A stretch of 64,000 nt of DNA from Octopus bimaculoides (taxonomy: Eukaryota). The stretch is taken from positions 39,814,593 to 39,878,592 of the forward strand of contig NC_069001.1 of the NCBI RefSeq assembly GCF_001194135.2. Direction: 5' to 3'. The notes below the pieces were generated by a model. The model searched no databases, had not been told where the DNA came from, and saw only the letters and a program-made list of their open reading frames with translations. Below are positions 12,973-25,620 of the stretch, in pieces. A program made the position numbers and the translations under genes. Numbering within the stretch: position 1 is the stretch's first letter; every line of letters starts with the position of its first letter.

Positions 12973-13810
12973 TCTATAATACATTAAAAGTCAGATTGAA
13001 TCTTGCTTGCTTGCAATGTTACTCAGGCAAACTGGTGCATAATGGGAAAATACTATGAATTAAAGTGCCCCTGAAATGTAAATACGAGCGGAATGAAACA
13101 AATTTTGCGTAAATTGGATAAGTAGTTGTGAAGGTATTAAGGGTTTTCAGAGTATGAATACCCAAAATGGTGCTTAATGGGAAAAGTCTCCAAAATTAAC
13201 TTGATCCTGGAAGGGAAGTAACTCTTACCTTTCAATTATACAGTGACTTTGACAACGAAAAATGTTTCTATTTTCGCTTTCCTTAAACACAATATTTTAA
13301 TCATTTAGAAATATTTTTAAGTGAATGTGATTTCAAAAATGTAAGTTGTTTGTACAAAAATTATTTATATTTTAGCTTTCTTTAAACAGACAATATTTTA
13401 ATGATTTTTAAAATTCTTTTCAAGTGAATACCATTACGAAAATTCTTTTTGGCATAAATATTTTGTAAAAGACCAATCCATAAACTCAGTGTGAAATAAT
13501 TTTTTCCTTAGGTTTTTTCCAGTGCTTTCAACATATCACACTTCCAAAGATTTGGCTGGTATTTCTAGCATGCCCTGCTACCACGTAACTGCTATTTGTG
13601 ATAAAGGACCCACAATATCTGTTACATGGTAGCTGGGCATACAAGAAATAGCAGCCAAATCTTTCCTTTTCTGGAGAAAGGAGCTGCTTACGTGTGATTT
13701 CGGTGGAAAGCATGCAAAATAACCTGGAAAAGAAAAAAAAATTCTCATGAAACAAAACTCCGTTGCTGGGAAACTCAGACTTTCCCAGTAGGTCACGGGT
13801 AGTTTCTACC
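12973..13810 (+). mobile_element. Putative non-autonomous Helitron
   Basis: Starts TCTATAATACATTAAAAG. Ends with hairpin CTGGGAAA-N7-TTTCCCAG and a degenerate CTAC terminus. Confidence 0.3.
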
Positions 13811-14267
13811 CCTTTCTATCAAACTTTATGCCTCTGTAGCATTCTATCATTATTTCATTTACTTACAACTACATAAGCAGACATAGATAGTCGTTAGAAT
13901 AATATAATGGAGAACCTTAAGACAAGTTAATTAGTGGTAAACTACAGATTTCTACTTCTTGTATGTAACTATTTCATTTAGTTTACTTATGTCCTCTGGA
14001 GAGGTGTGTATGCCACAAACTCCTAATCATTTACTCATTGAATACAATAAAATTTTAATTACTTGATCACAAGATTACTAATTTCAAGTTTACAAATCAG
14101 CTTTAACTGGTTTAAACGCGCTTTGCTTACTTCAGATTGTGTAGTTTTAATTTAAAACTTTATAACCAGTTTACTTTCAAATTTAGAAAGTTATTAATGG
14201 TGTGAATATTTTCTTTCTAAAAAAATCTCAAAAAATTTAATGACATCAAAACTAATTTATAATCATG

Positions 14268-14907
14268 AATGGAGGAGAATGGAGGAGGATAGCTGCGTGA
14301 AAAAGTGCCACACCCTAACAGTTGAGGGAACCCGTGGAAGAGGTAGGCCCAGGAAGACCTGGGCTGAGGTGGTGAGGCAAGACCTTCGTACATTGGGCCT
14401 CACCGAGGCGATGACTACGGACCGAGACCTTTGGAAATGGGCTGTGCGTGAGAAGACCCGGCAAGCCAAGTAAGATCGTTGCCAGTGCCCCTGGACTGGT
14501 TCTTGTGCGGGTGGCACATGAGATGCACCATTTTGAGCGTGGCCGTTGCCAGTACCGCCTGACTGGCTCCTGTAGGATTTTCGAGCGAGATCGTTGCCAG
14601 TGCCCCTGGACTGGCTTGTGCGGGNNNNNNNNNNNNNNNNNNNNNNNNNNNNNNNNNNNNNNNNNNNNNNNNGGCACATAAAAGACACCATTTCGAGCGT
14701 GGCCGTTTTCGTGCGGGTGACACGTAAAAGCACCCACTACACTCTCTGAGTGGTTGGCGTTAGGAAGGGCATCCAGCTGTAGAAACTCTGCCAAATCAGA
14801 CTGGAGCCTGGTGTTGCCATCCGGTTTCACCAGTCCTCAGTCAAATCGTCCAACCCATGCTAGCATGGAAAGCGGACGTTAAACGATGATGATGATGATG
14901 ATGATGA
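14268..14907 (+). mobile_element. 5'-truncated RTE-clade LINE (ORF C-terminus, 3' UTR and (GAT)n tail)
   Basis: VEGTRGRGRPRKTWAEVVRQDL...DRDLWK is the RTE C-terminal motif. The tail CCATGCTAGCATGGAAAGCGGACGTTAAACGATGATGAT recurs at ~15650, ~41210 and, inverted, at ~2390. Confidence 0.85.
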
Positions 14908-15698
14908 AACAATTTATTTAGTATTTCATACTTTTAATTGTTTTTATTCAGTTTAATTATGTTTTGGTTTCTTTAGTTCCACATTCAAACTTAAAATTTC
15001 AAGAATTAAATATCATTTCCTCTCTTCATCTTTTCCTCTCTCTCTCTTTCTATCTCTCTACTTTTTCTTTCCATAAACCACAAAATATGACTTCTTTACT
15101 ATGCAGCGAGGAACACAATCAAAGCTAAATAGCTTTTAAATGTTTTACTTTCCTGATAAAATAATAGATTAAACACAAATCTTTGACAATCTTTATTGAA
15201 ATGAATAGAAAACTTGTTAATGATGTTTACACTTGTAATTATTATGTACTCGTCACCCCTCTAACTGTTGGTGATATCAGTTATGTTAGAGAAGTCTTTT
15301 AATGTAATTAGTATCACAGAACTTGCATTCAAATATGAATAATTCATGTTCACAGGCATTCTAATTAGCATCACTTTTGTGTATGTGTGTGTGTGTATTC
15401 ATATTTTCTTCATAAGAATTTTACAAGAGATAAATATCAATTTTAATGAAAGCAAATTTTATGTAAATGTGCTTCATTTGCATATTTTCTGTCTTTGGTT
15501 TAATTAGTGAGATTATACTTAAATTATTTTAACGGGTTATTTTTACATTACTATACCTGTGTGTTGCACATGCACACATATATTTGTGTGTGTAAGTGTG
15601 TGTGTACATATGTGTGTGTGTGTGTATATATATCATTATCGTCATTGTCCTACCCATGCTAGCATGAAAGGAGGACGTTAAAAAATGATGATGATGAT

Positions 15699-15779
<81 letters not shown>

Positions 15780-16558
15780 GCATAAATACACACATACACT
15801 CACATGCACATAGCACATTATGCACACATACATACATGTGTATATATGCATATAAATATACTTTTCATTTTATACATACACATATGCACACGTGTATGTC
15901 TTTACATATACACGTACATGCACATGCATCCACACACACACACACACATATATGTATGTATTTATGCATACCCTCATACACTTGCACTTGTTTCGAAAAA
16001 CTCTATATTTAACAAATAACAAATTGTAGGCAAGATGTCCACTCAGAAATCTCTTGTTCATCAAAATATATTAATGAACACTTTACAATGCAATAATTGT
16101 CATTCTTAATTAAGTACATCGATACAATAGCCTTCATTTATGTTCGGGGATTGGGTGTCTCTCCTGTATTTCAAAGATAACTTGCTATTTTAATACACAT
16201 TTACATTTATATAGAAAGAAATTTTGTTCCTTAAAACTCATTTATTCATATTTCTTGTGTTTATTGATGCCCATCAAATCAAAATGGGATTTCATGTTAA
16301 GCAATGATTTATTTAGCTCTCACTAAATGATAATACAAAAGTAGTTTTATTGTACGATACACATAATGGATCCATTTTGCTGATTGATAATGCAAAGTAT
16401 TTTTATGTTTAAGACTGAAAATTATCAATAGTACAGTGCTTAAAGTTTATCCTTTGTCAGTCTTCATATACAATGAATCAAGATGGGCTGTCTTACTAAA
16501 TTAGACATTACTAATAATCACATCACGCTATTTAAGTTTATACATATATATATACATA

Positions 16559-16826
16559 CAGTGGCGGACTGGGTCTAAAAATATTGGTTGCCAGGAGACT
16601 AAGGGGGCCCACACGCAACTACAGTGGTATCGTTTTTGTTTTTTATGTTAAAAGTATTCTTTTCATCTGTCTACAAACACAGCCAGGCTGAAATAATTAA
16701 TGCATTCTTCCAGGAGTGAATAAAAAATTCTCAAACTTGAGGAGATGGGCCCCCATATATGGATTCTGATGGTGCAGGGTCCCACTTGCCATTAGGCAAC
16801 CTGGCAACCTGGCCATTCCGCCACTG
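16559..16826. mobile_element. hAT-like MITE (268 bp)
   Basis: TIR CAGTGGCGGA / TCCGCCACTG. The 8-bp flanks TATACATA and TATACATG match 7/8 as a TSD. Confidence 0.7.
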
Positions 16827-16828
16827 TA

Positions 16829-16870
<42 letters not shown>

Positions 16871-17418
16871 AAGTTTGTGTGTCTTTGTATGTTTGAAATT
16901 TGTGTGTCTAAATGTATAAAGAACCTTTCTTGTGCTCTGGCTTCTATTGAATGTTTTTGATATTGACTACCTGCCAATGCTTTACCATCCATACCTTTAT
17001 GCCTTTCTGCTGTCACCCCTCCTCTTATTTATGCTTAGCTTCCTCTACTCCCTCCCTCCCCTCCATTTTATCAAATTATTCTCATTCATTTTGTTATTTT
17101 AAATGTGAATCCAATATTTTAACTATTTATATAAATTAAACTGGGAGAAAAATATTTAGGAGTCCCAGATTTTTTAAAATTTTATAAAATTAAAGGGTCA
17201 TTTGGTCTGAGTAATATATCAGTGGAACTGTCAAATTTTCACATGCGTACTTACACATCTCTTAGGGTGGGAATCCTAAATTTTGGGACAGGAGAGAGAG
17301 AGAGAAGATGGAGAGATGCGGAAATTTTCATAAAGGTACTATTGGATGTCAGGCAACTTTGTAATGAAATTTGATAACTAAATCTTACATTAATTCTTCC
17401 AATACTACGCTATTTCAG

Positions 17419-17734
17419 CCCTCTGAGAAGCAGGACTTTTCATGGGGACTGAGGCCCGAACACGCAGCCCATATTCCTGCTCCTAGACCTGGAACGGGTT
17501 CTAGTAAAGGGTTACTTTTTACACATACAGCAGTGCCTCTTTCACCGGTATCACCTCGTTCTCCATTGCCTCCTCAGAGTCCTCTTGGTTCCCCAATGGC
17601 ATCGCCGAGTATGCATCGACGTTCTGTGTCTCCACGTAGAGGATTAGACGTGGGGTTCGCATCTGCTGTTTCAAATATAGTTGATCAAGCACATTCTATA
17701 GCAGAACATGAAAGACACAGGAAACACAGAGGAG
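17419..17734 (+). CDS. cac: CaV2 C-tail exon (PSEKQDFSWGLRPEH...RRSVSPRRGLDVGFASAVSNIVDQAHSIAEHERHRKHRG)
   Basis: Acceptor TATTTCAG|, donor GAG|GTGAGT at 17735, phase 0 to 1. GFASAVSNIV resembles the Drosophila cacophony GFSDTVSNVV segment (recalled from memory). Confidence 0.9.
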
Positions 17735-19368
17735 GTGAGTCAATTATTATATTATTATTATTATTATTATACAACAAATTTGCTTTAATATTGAAATTTT
17801 CATTTTTCAGATTAAAACTTTACTTCAGTTATTTTGATCTAATTTACACAATTTTTTACTTCAATTTACAACTGAAATGAGTTGACTATGTAATTGGTGA
17901 AACATGAAATTAGTAAAGTAGAAAATTAGTCAACTGTATCCTCAAGTAAACACTCAAAGGACATTTTCAGATTTAAAGTGTCCATCAATATAATAAACAC
18001 AGGTTTGTGTATGTGTCTTGTGGAAATATTTGCATGTATATGTGAGAGGGAGTGTGTGTCGTGTGTGTATATGCACATACATACTTAATATAAGTGTGTC
18101 TGTATGCACAGAAGAAAATGGAAGCATAATCAAGCAGCTTCTGTTGAATAAGTGTATGTTTGTGTGTGATAAAAATAATAATTCTACTGATAATGTAGCA
18201 TTTTCTACTCGCAATTATATTTATATATTTTTACCAAATTTGTGTAAATGTGTATAGAATAATATATCAGTTGAATAAAGTTACATGATCTGGTTTTCAA
18301 ATTTTTTATTATTGTATTTGAAAAAAATTTTTTTTACAATGTTGAACTGTGTTAAACATGAAAAAAAAATTTTTGGTTTGTTCATAAAGTTCAATTATCT
18401 CTTTCATAAATATATATATATATATATATATATCAGCTGGTAATAACTTTATGGCACTTATAGTGAGTGATTTGGATTAAAGCCTGTTCATTCCATCTTC
18501 TTGTATTAAAATTATATTAGATTGATAGATATAATTTCTCAATCTGAAATTTAAAAAAGTTCACTTAATGACTGCCTCCCTTATTATAAATGTTTCTTTT
18601 TCTGTCTCTAATAAAGAATTGGAATGAAATTCTCATTCTTTTTCTGATGAAAGAAACTCATGGCAAATCTTTAGAGACATTATTGTATGTTCTGATGCTG
18701 TTGTTGGTTTTAAACTTTACATTAATCTATTCAGGTATCTCTGTGGTCATATTGCAATCTCACTACCCCCCACCACACACACACACATTTACCATTCTGA
18801 AGATTAAGTTTCTATTAATATTTGGTGAACAAAACAAAACAGTAGACTCCAAGGAAACCTGTGATTCTTGTGTATGTCAGTAAATATAACACTTGCCAAA
18901 CTAGAATTTGAACTTGGAACAATATTTCTAAACTAAGGATAATGCAAGTAACTTAGTGAATAATAACATGTCTTATCTTAAGAAATATAAGTCTCTAATT
19001 CCTGAATTATCATATAACAACTTCAATCAAGACTTAGACTTCACGTCTCCTCCTCAAAGTTTACTAAACTGCAGAACCACACTAAAGTTTTGTCCATTGT
19101 ATCCCAGATCCCTAGGGCTGCCATCTTGGTTGGAGAGCTTGCAGTTTTTCTCTCTATCAAAAGGGTTCATCTTAAGAAAAACATCAGAAAAATAAATTAC
19201 AAAGAACAAAAAGAAGAAAAATAGAGAGAGGGAAGAAAAGAGTAATTAAATAATTATAATCTTGTTGAGACAAGAATTAGCGTTAATTAACCTAGTGACT
19301 GCAGTTCATCAACTCTAGTTTATTGTTCTGTTATTACATTGGAATTGTATATTATCTGCTTTTCAGAG

Positions 19369-19413
19369 ATCTTTCCAAGCGAACAGCAAGCAACTTGGAT
19401 ATAAATGGACAGG
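19369..19413 (+). CDS. Candidate 45-nt phase 1-1 cassette exon of CaV2 (DLSKRTASNLDINGQ)
   Basis: TCTGCTTTTCAGAG| acceptor and CAGG|GTATAC donor. It stays in frame only if the distal AG (19367-19368) is used. Confidence 0.3.
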
Positions 19414-21729
19414 GTATACTTTCATATAGATGTTTATATTCTAACTTTGAGATGAATCTCTGGCTATGGTTCTTGATAAAAGATAGACATCACACAAAAT
19501 GTTTAATTCAGATCATACTCACCACCATTTTCATCATCATCATCATTATTGTGGTTGTTTTAATTTTCTGCTTTTACTGGTTTCAGTCACTGAACTGTGA
19601 CTCTATGGAGACACAAACTTTGCAGGGGTTTCATCATTGCTAAATCCCATTTTTCAAACACACTATTTTTAATCGGCAGAAGTTACAAAGGGATTTAAGA
19701 AATGAGTCATGAAACTCTCAGTCTCAGAGTCTCAGAAACTCCCTGAGTCACTTGATAATTTCTGCCAATTAAAAATATTTCTTTCTATTATAGGCAGCAT
19801 TACTATCATCATCATCACTACCATCATCACCATGTGTTGTTGCTATCCTTACTTCAACAAATTCTTCATAAATTTCAAGAAAACTAAACCAATTATTTAC
19901 GATTCGTTTAGTTGTGTTTGTAAATTTTGATTAATTGTATCTATTGGTTTATTAAAACGTTTTTTGTGATGTCTTCTTGTTTAGATATTTCTAGTGTGAG
20001 GGAACACTTATTGAAACACTCTTTTGCTATCTTCTGCTTTCTCACTCTCAGTACTTACATTATTTAACCAGTGATCTCTACAAACTCCATTCACAAAATA
20101 TAATGAACAACTGGGAATTTGTCTTGGGTTCCATGGAATATTTTCATTTTAAATAAAATTTAGCATCACAGTCTTTATTTCTGCATCAAATTTGGTAGCA
20201 TCTTCATGTAACCTTGGCAATGAAATTTGCTCAAAAGCTTCTTTAATATTTTAATGGTGTTGTCCTTTAGGTCAGTGTTGGTGCTCCCACCCCTCCCCTT
20301 GAGGGCAGGTGAAACAAACAAGATACAACAGGACATTTAAATCAAACCATTGAATTTATAAAATGAAAGGTTTACTTCTCAGTCCAGGTACAACCCTTCA
20401 AGTTGTGTTTACAATTCACTCTTGATATTAAAAAAATTATCCATATTCCTGGTCAAGATTTTGTAATTTCAATGTGGTGTAACTTAATGATGTCAGCTAT
20501 TGAAGAGTGTGAAAGTTACCTTACTGTCTTCCCCAGACAATTTAAACTTTTTTGACATTGAACATAGGAGGGAATCTACACCAAGAACTCGAATCAGATC
20601 ATTTTCCTTCTTTTGTCACCATTTGTCAGAAACAATTGGGGATATGCCTCATATTCATTAATTGCAGAATTTCTGTGCTATCTTGATGGATTTCAAACTA
20701 AAATTGTAATCATTAAGGTTAACATTTTTATCTGTCTTTAATGCTTAAGTAAAATGAAGACTCCTTCAAGATTCTTAATTGCAGTTTCATTGTTTGAAGA
20801 AACCTGGAAGACAGCAGTATATCAACTGATTAAATTAACCCCAATATATGACAGTATTTTAGGAGTAGTTGCAGAGATAAAATGAATTAGCAGTATATAA
20901 ATTATAGCAAAATAATTAGAAATGACATGTGGATTTCATCTATGAACTCTATTCTACTTTTCCATCCTGATATGAGTTGGACAAGTCTTATTGGTGTCAT
21001 TACCCTCTGGGATAGCTATTATTCCTATTCCCAACCATTTTGCTGAATGTACATTTTAACATGACACCAGCACTAAAGAGGTTGTCTTTCTCCCAGTTAT
21101 GCCAAAAGTCCACTCTAGAGTAGACTTTTAGTTTATTCATTGTCTCTGTTTCTGTTTATAAAAAGAAATATAACATTAGAAAGAGCTGAAATTATGCAAA
21201 TATTGGGTTTTTTTATCTTAATAATTTTCATTACTACAGCATAACAGGCATTACATTCCAGTGTTGAAATTCTAATTCCTACTACTTGCTGTTCAGTTAG
21301 TTCCAGAAACAGATCTTAAACTTTCTCATTCTCTCATTGGTTTAATTTATTGGGTTGTGGCGCCGATCTTGTGCAATACATTTAATGGTTTTAAACTACC
21401 AAACTCTAACCAACTAACTTTGATACTCAACAATTTCTATGAAATGGGTAATTGTCTCCACTTTTTCTCTATAAGGTTGTACAGATTTAATTTTCTTTTC
21501 AAATATTTAGCTTTCATTCTCTTCTTTGACTTATCATTTATGAAATTTAAATATCTCATAAAAATTTTCCAAGTTTAATCCACCCCAAGTTTTGTAATTG
21601 AAATTTGATTGATGAAAATTTTGTAGAATCCTATCATTTTAACGACCAATAACTGATACTTCATACTTTGGTACTAAAAAAAAGAAGGAAAAAAAACTAA
21701 TGTATTATATATGGGAGAATATACAAATA

Positions 21730-21900
21730 ATAACAACAGACGAGGACAGGTGGTGTAAATAACAAAAGTATATATTAGTATGACGCTCGGGAATACGGAA
21801 AGTCTTTGACGTTTCGAGCTACGCTCTTCAACAGAAAGAATACGGAGACAAGGAGAAAAACACGGAGAAAAAAAATTGAATAGTGTTCAGTCAACGGTCA
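21730..21900 (-). mobile_element. Penelope-type terminal repeat fragment with a minimal hammerhead-like motif
   Basis: Minus strand reads TCTTT-CTGTTGA-A-GAGCGTAGCTC-GAAACGTC-AAAGA. A homologous degenerate copy lies on the + strand at ~63850-63980. Confidence 0.55.
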
Positions 21901-21949
21901 ATCACTACTGCATAGGAATCTTTCAGCCTCGTAGCATCTTATTTGGCAT

Positions 21950-22850
21950 TGCAGGCCACAAAAGACAGTTTATTTCACTCAGCCTCCCATCAAAGCAAGT
22001 AGCCATTAAACCTTTGAACCCCAACCACCCACAGGAATTGAATGCCCCACCCTAAGCTCCCAGCAAGTTTCACTGAAAATTTTTAATTTTAGAATAATCC
22101 TTCACACAGTTTAACTCCCCCACTATTTGGCTCTTCAGGTACCTTTGGTTGAGTTCCCCTGTTCCTCCACCATTTTGCTCTTTAGGTGCCTCTAGCTGAA
22201 TCCACTCTGTTGCAAGTATACAAGTTATGTCTTTGAAAAACAATTTCATTCCATCATTTTCAAAGACTTTAATAAGGGTCATAGGTATTGTTTTCTTCCT
22301 GTAAATTAAGGGAAATGGAAAAAAAGAAATGTTTCGTTCTATTTTGTAATTTCTTTTCACTAGTTTCAGTCATTGGAGTGTGGCCATGCTGGGGCACTCC
22401 CTTGAAAAACAAATATCTACATCTATGCATGGAACTTAATTCTAATTTTTCCAACACTGAGGCTATTTTGCATGAAGTCTGGTTTGGGTCGAAGTTACTT
22501 TCCATTATTCCTCACAATTTTTTCCATATTCTTCATGGGAATTTATATTTTGTAAATACTGTTTCATAGTTTCAGCTTTCTATGGGTATCTAGGACTATA
22601 TTGTCTCATGTATCCTTCCCTTATATGAGATAGTAGTCTAATTTGAGGGAAATTCGGCTGCTATTTTTAACAGGCCATGTAACTATATAGAGACTCTTAT
22701 ATTTAGCATTTTTATATTCAGCTTGTCTAATTTTTAAACCAGCAATTTGTTTTTTAATCAATATTAAAAATCTTACATTATTAGCCTTTATAATATGAGG
22801 AAAACATATTTGCTTCATTACAAACGTGTCTCCTTTTGTCCAATTATTTA
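21950..22850 (-). mobile_element. Highly degenerate L1/Tx1-like LINE reverse-transcriptase remnant
   Basis: FKGVPQ (GVPQG-like) and LILIKK (LIPK-like) segments in broken minus-strand frames. Confidence 0.35.
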
Positions 22851-25269
22851 TTTTTCTAAAATTTGGTCCTTATTTCCAGGTTATTTTTATGAAGGTAAGA
22901 AACAACAATGAAATTATTTGCAAATCTGTTTAGATTTATTTCCACTTCACTTTTTTTTTTTATTGCATCCCCCAAAAGTATTATTTCACCAATTCTCTCT
23001 AATTAATATAGTCCTAATGTTTGTTTCTCACCTTGGTTTAGATAATATTATGTTTTACTCACCTGGTGTTTCTATTATCTCGCAGCTGAGCACCTTCTTA
23101 TTGTCCCTGTCTTATTTATTTCCTTATCACGTTCTCTATGTAGTTGAAGCTCTTAAAATCATTTTAACATTTTATTTTTCTGTTGGCACAAGTAAATAAT
23201 ACTCTAGCATCTTGACATAGTTTAGATTTCACTGAATAAAAACTATCCGAATCATTGAAGTGTTCCTACCCCAAAGAAGGAACCAATTTTATTTAAGCAG
23301 TTTCAGTTAGAAAATTAATCATTTCTTTGTATTTCAATGGAATTGATAGAACTTTCCAAATCAATACATTTTTATTTTATTTGCATATTTAGCATCTGTT
23401 ATTCTCGTTCCTCTTCCTTATTAATTAATAGCAATGATTTATCATCTGCTAATTATACCCTCACCATTTTAAACTGTCACCTTTTTCCGTTGTCTTATGA
23501 TTGTAACATCCAAACTTACAGTGATTTTTCTATTCCACAACTTCACCATTCTTCAATCTTGTTTTATGATTAAATTTCAGTATTATTTTATTCTATTTTA
23601 TTTTCAAACCCTTTAATTACTTGTTATTCTTACAATAATTACCTAAAACCAATATGAAAGAATAAGAGACTTTCCCACTAAATAATTTGTCCATTATATT
23701 CATGGTAAACTCTTTCTTCTCTATTCATTGAGTGACCAATGTCTCTTGCAAAGTTTGAACTTACCTATCAATGCCCTTCACTCAAATAGATGCTCATTGC
23801 TTTTTTCAGTCCACAGGTGAAACTTTCAATCTGTTATGTTTCCACATATTATTCCACATTACATGGAATTACAATATTCTTAGTCTGGAATCATAAAACT
23901 TTACAAATTGTTCATTTCTATTTTTATGTCATCATCTAAATATAACCTTCTGTATCCCTATTTTTAAAAGATGTACTTCTTAACTGTATTTGTTGTAAGA
24001 GGCAACTAACTTCTCTCTATAATATTTACCAACAAATACAATTGCCAGTCCCCCCACTGCCACCTGTTTGTTTGTTTTTTTTTACAATAAATTATATTTG
24101 ATGTATAAAACTACTTGGAATTTATAAATTTCTCAATTGTTTCCAGATTATTATTTTGATGATGGTAAGAAAAGTCCTGTCTATATTTTCACTGATTTCA
24201 TCATCATCATCACTTTATTATTACTACTGCTATTACTCTTGTTGTTGTCATTGTTGTGGCAGGCACTATGGTGCACCAATAGGTTCTTAGTAAACCAAGT
24301 TTCTTCACCTAATTAAAACTAATAGAAGTGTAAAAATGTTTTGCAAAAATTAAACTTCTTTTCGCCCACCACACCCATTTTATAAATTTAGATTCTTTTT
24401 TTCCTCCTTACAAAATATTTATTGACATAAAAAGTATATTGAATTACATAAATATTCCATATTAAAATCCAAAACCATAGAAAACACAATTTTGAGTGAA
24501 AAGTGGGGAAAAAAGGAAGCAAGAAGAAAAACATCAATTCTATTCTAAGTGCATCAGTTGTTTGCAGAGTATAAGGTTCAGCAGAACTTAGAGAAGCAAG
24601 CCAACACATTCATGGCATTACTGTGGGTGATGGCAAGGCATTGGAACAGTCAAACACACTCATGGGTATCACCTGACACCTCAGTAAGACGAGCTGCTAA
24701 TGACAACAAGAACTTCATTGTCAGCAGCCCAGCTCCTCCAGAAATCTCAAATGCCACTGACTGGAAGAAATGGTTCACCAATAAGTCCTGATACTCTTAA
24801 GCATTTTGTTCCATTCAGCTACAGAAACAGTGACCCTCCCATCCAGGAGTCACTGACTGTGGCGTCCCAGATGAGGCACATAGCGCTTATGCAGGGGCAA
24901 TGGATAAGACCATCTGGTCTTTTGCCATCACTTCTGGATAATCCTGCTGGCTCCAGAACTGAGGGAATATTTACCTGAGCCAGAGCCTACTTAATAATAA
25001 ATTGTTTGAATCCATAAAGTTTCTTAAACCAAAAATTCAGTACATCTTGGCATGACAAGCATCAAACACTAACAAATATTGCATCAGAATATCATACCAA
25101 TATTTACAGACTCTTGTATGACTATTGTCTAAACCCTTCTGGCTAATCTATTGATAGCTTACTAAAATGTTAGTCTTGTCTGTCTATTGTACAAATTACA
25201 GATAGACAGATTTCTTAACTGGAACACACAGTAAATGTAGTAATCAAGTTGTTGTTATTATTATTATTA

Positions 25270-25620
25270 TGAGGGTGACGAACAGACAGAATCGTTAGCA
25301 CACCAGGTGAAATGCTAAGCAGTATTTCATCTGTCGCTACTTTCTGAGTTCAAATTCCACTGAGGTCAACTTTGCCTTTCATCCTTTTGGGATTGATAAA
25401 TTAAGTACCAGTGAAACACTGGGGTCAATATAATCGACTAATCCCCTCCCCAAAAATTTCAGGCCTTGTGCCTCTAGTAGAAAGGGTTATTATTATTATG
25501 GCAGCCATTAGAACATTAGAAGAAATGCTTTGCAATATTTCTTCAAGCTCTTTGTGTACTGAGTTCAAATACCAATGAGATCAACTTTGCCTTTCATCCT
25601 TTCAGGGTCAACCCCTGAAA
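25270..25620 (+). mobile_element. Two tandem SINE copies
   Basis: GAATCGTTAGCAC...TTCTGAGTTCAAATTCC...GTCAACTTTGCCTTTCATCC...AAGTACCAG...AAATTTCAGGCCTTGTGCC followed by an (ATT)n tail. Confidence 0.8.
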
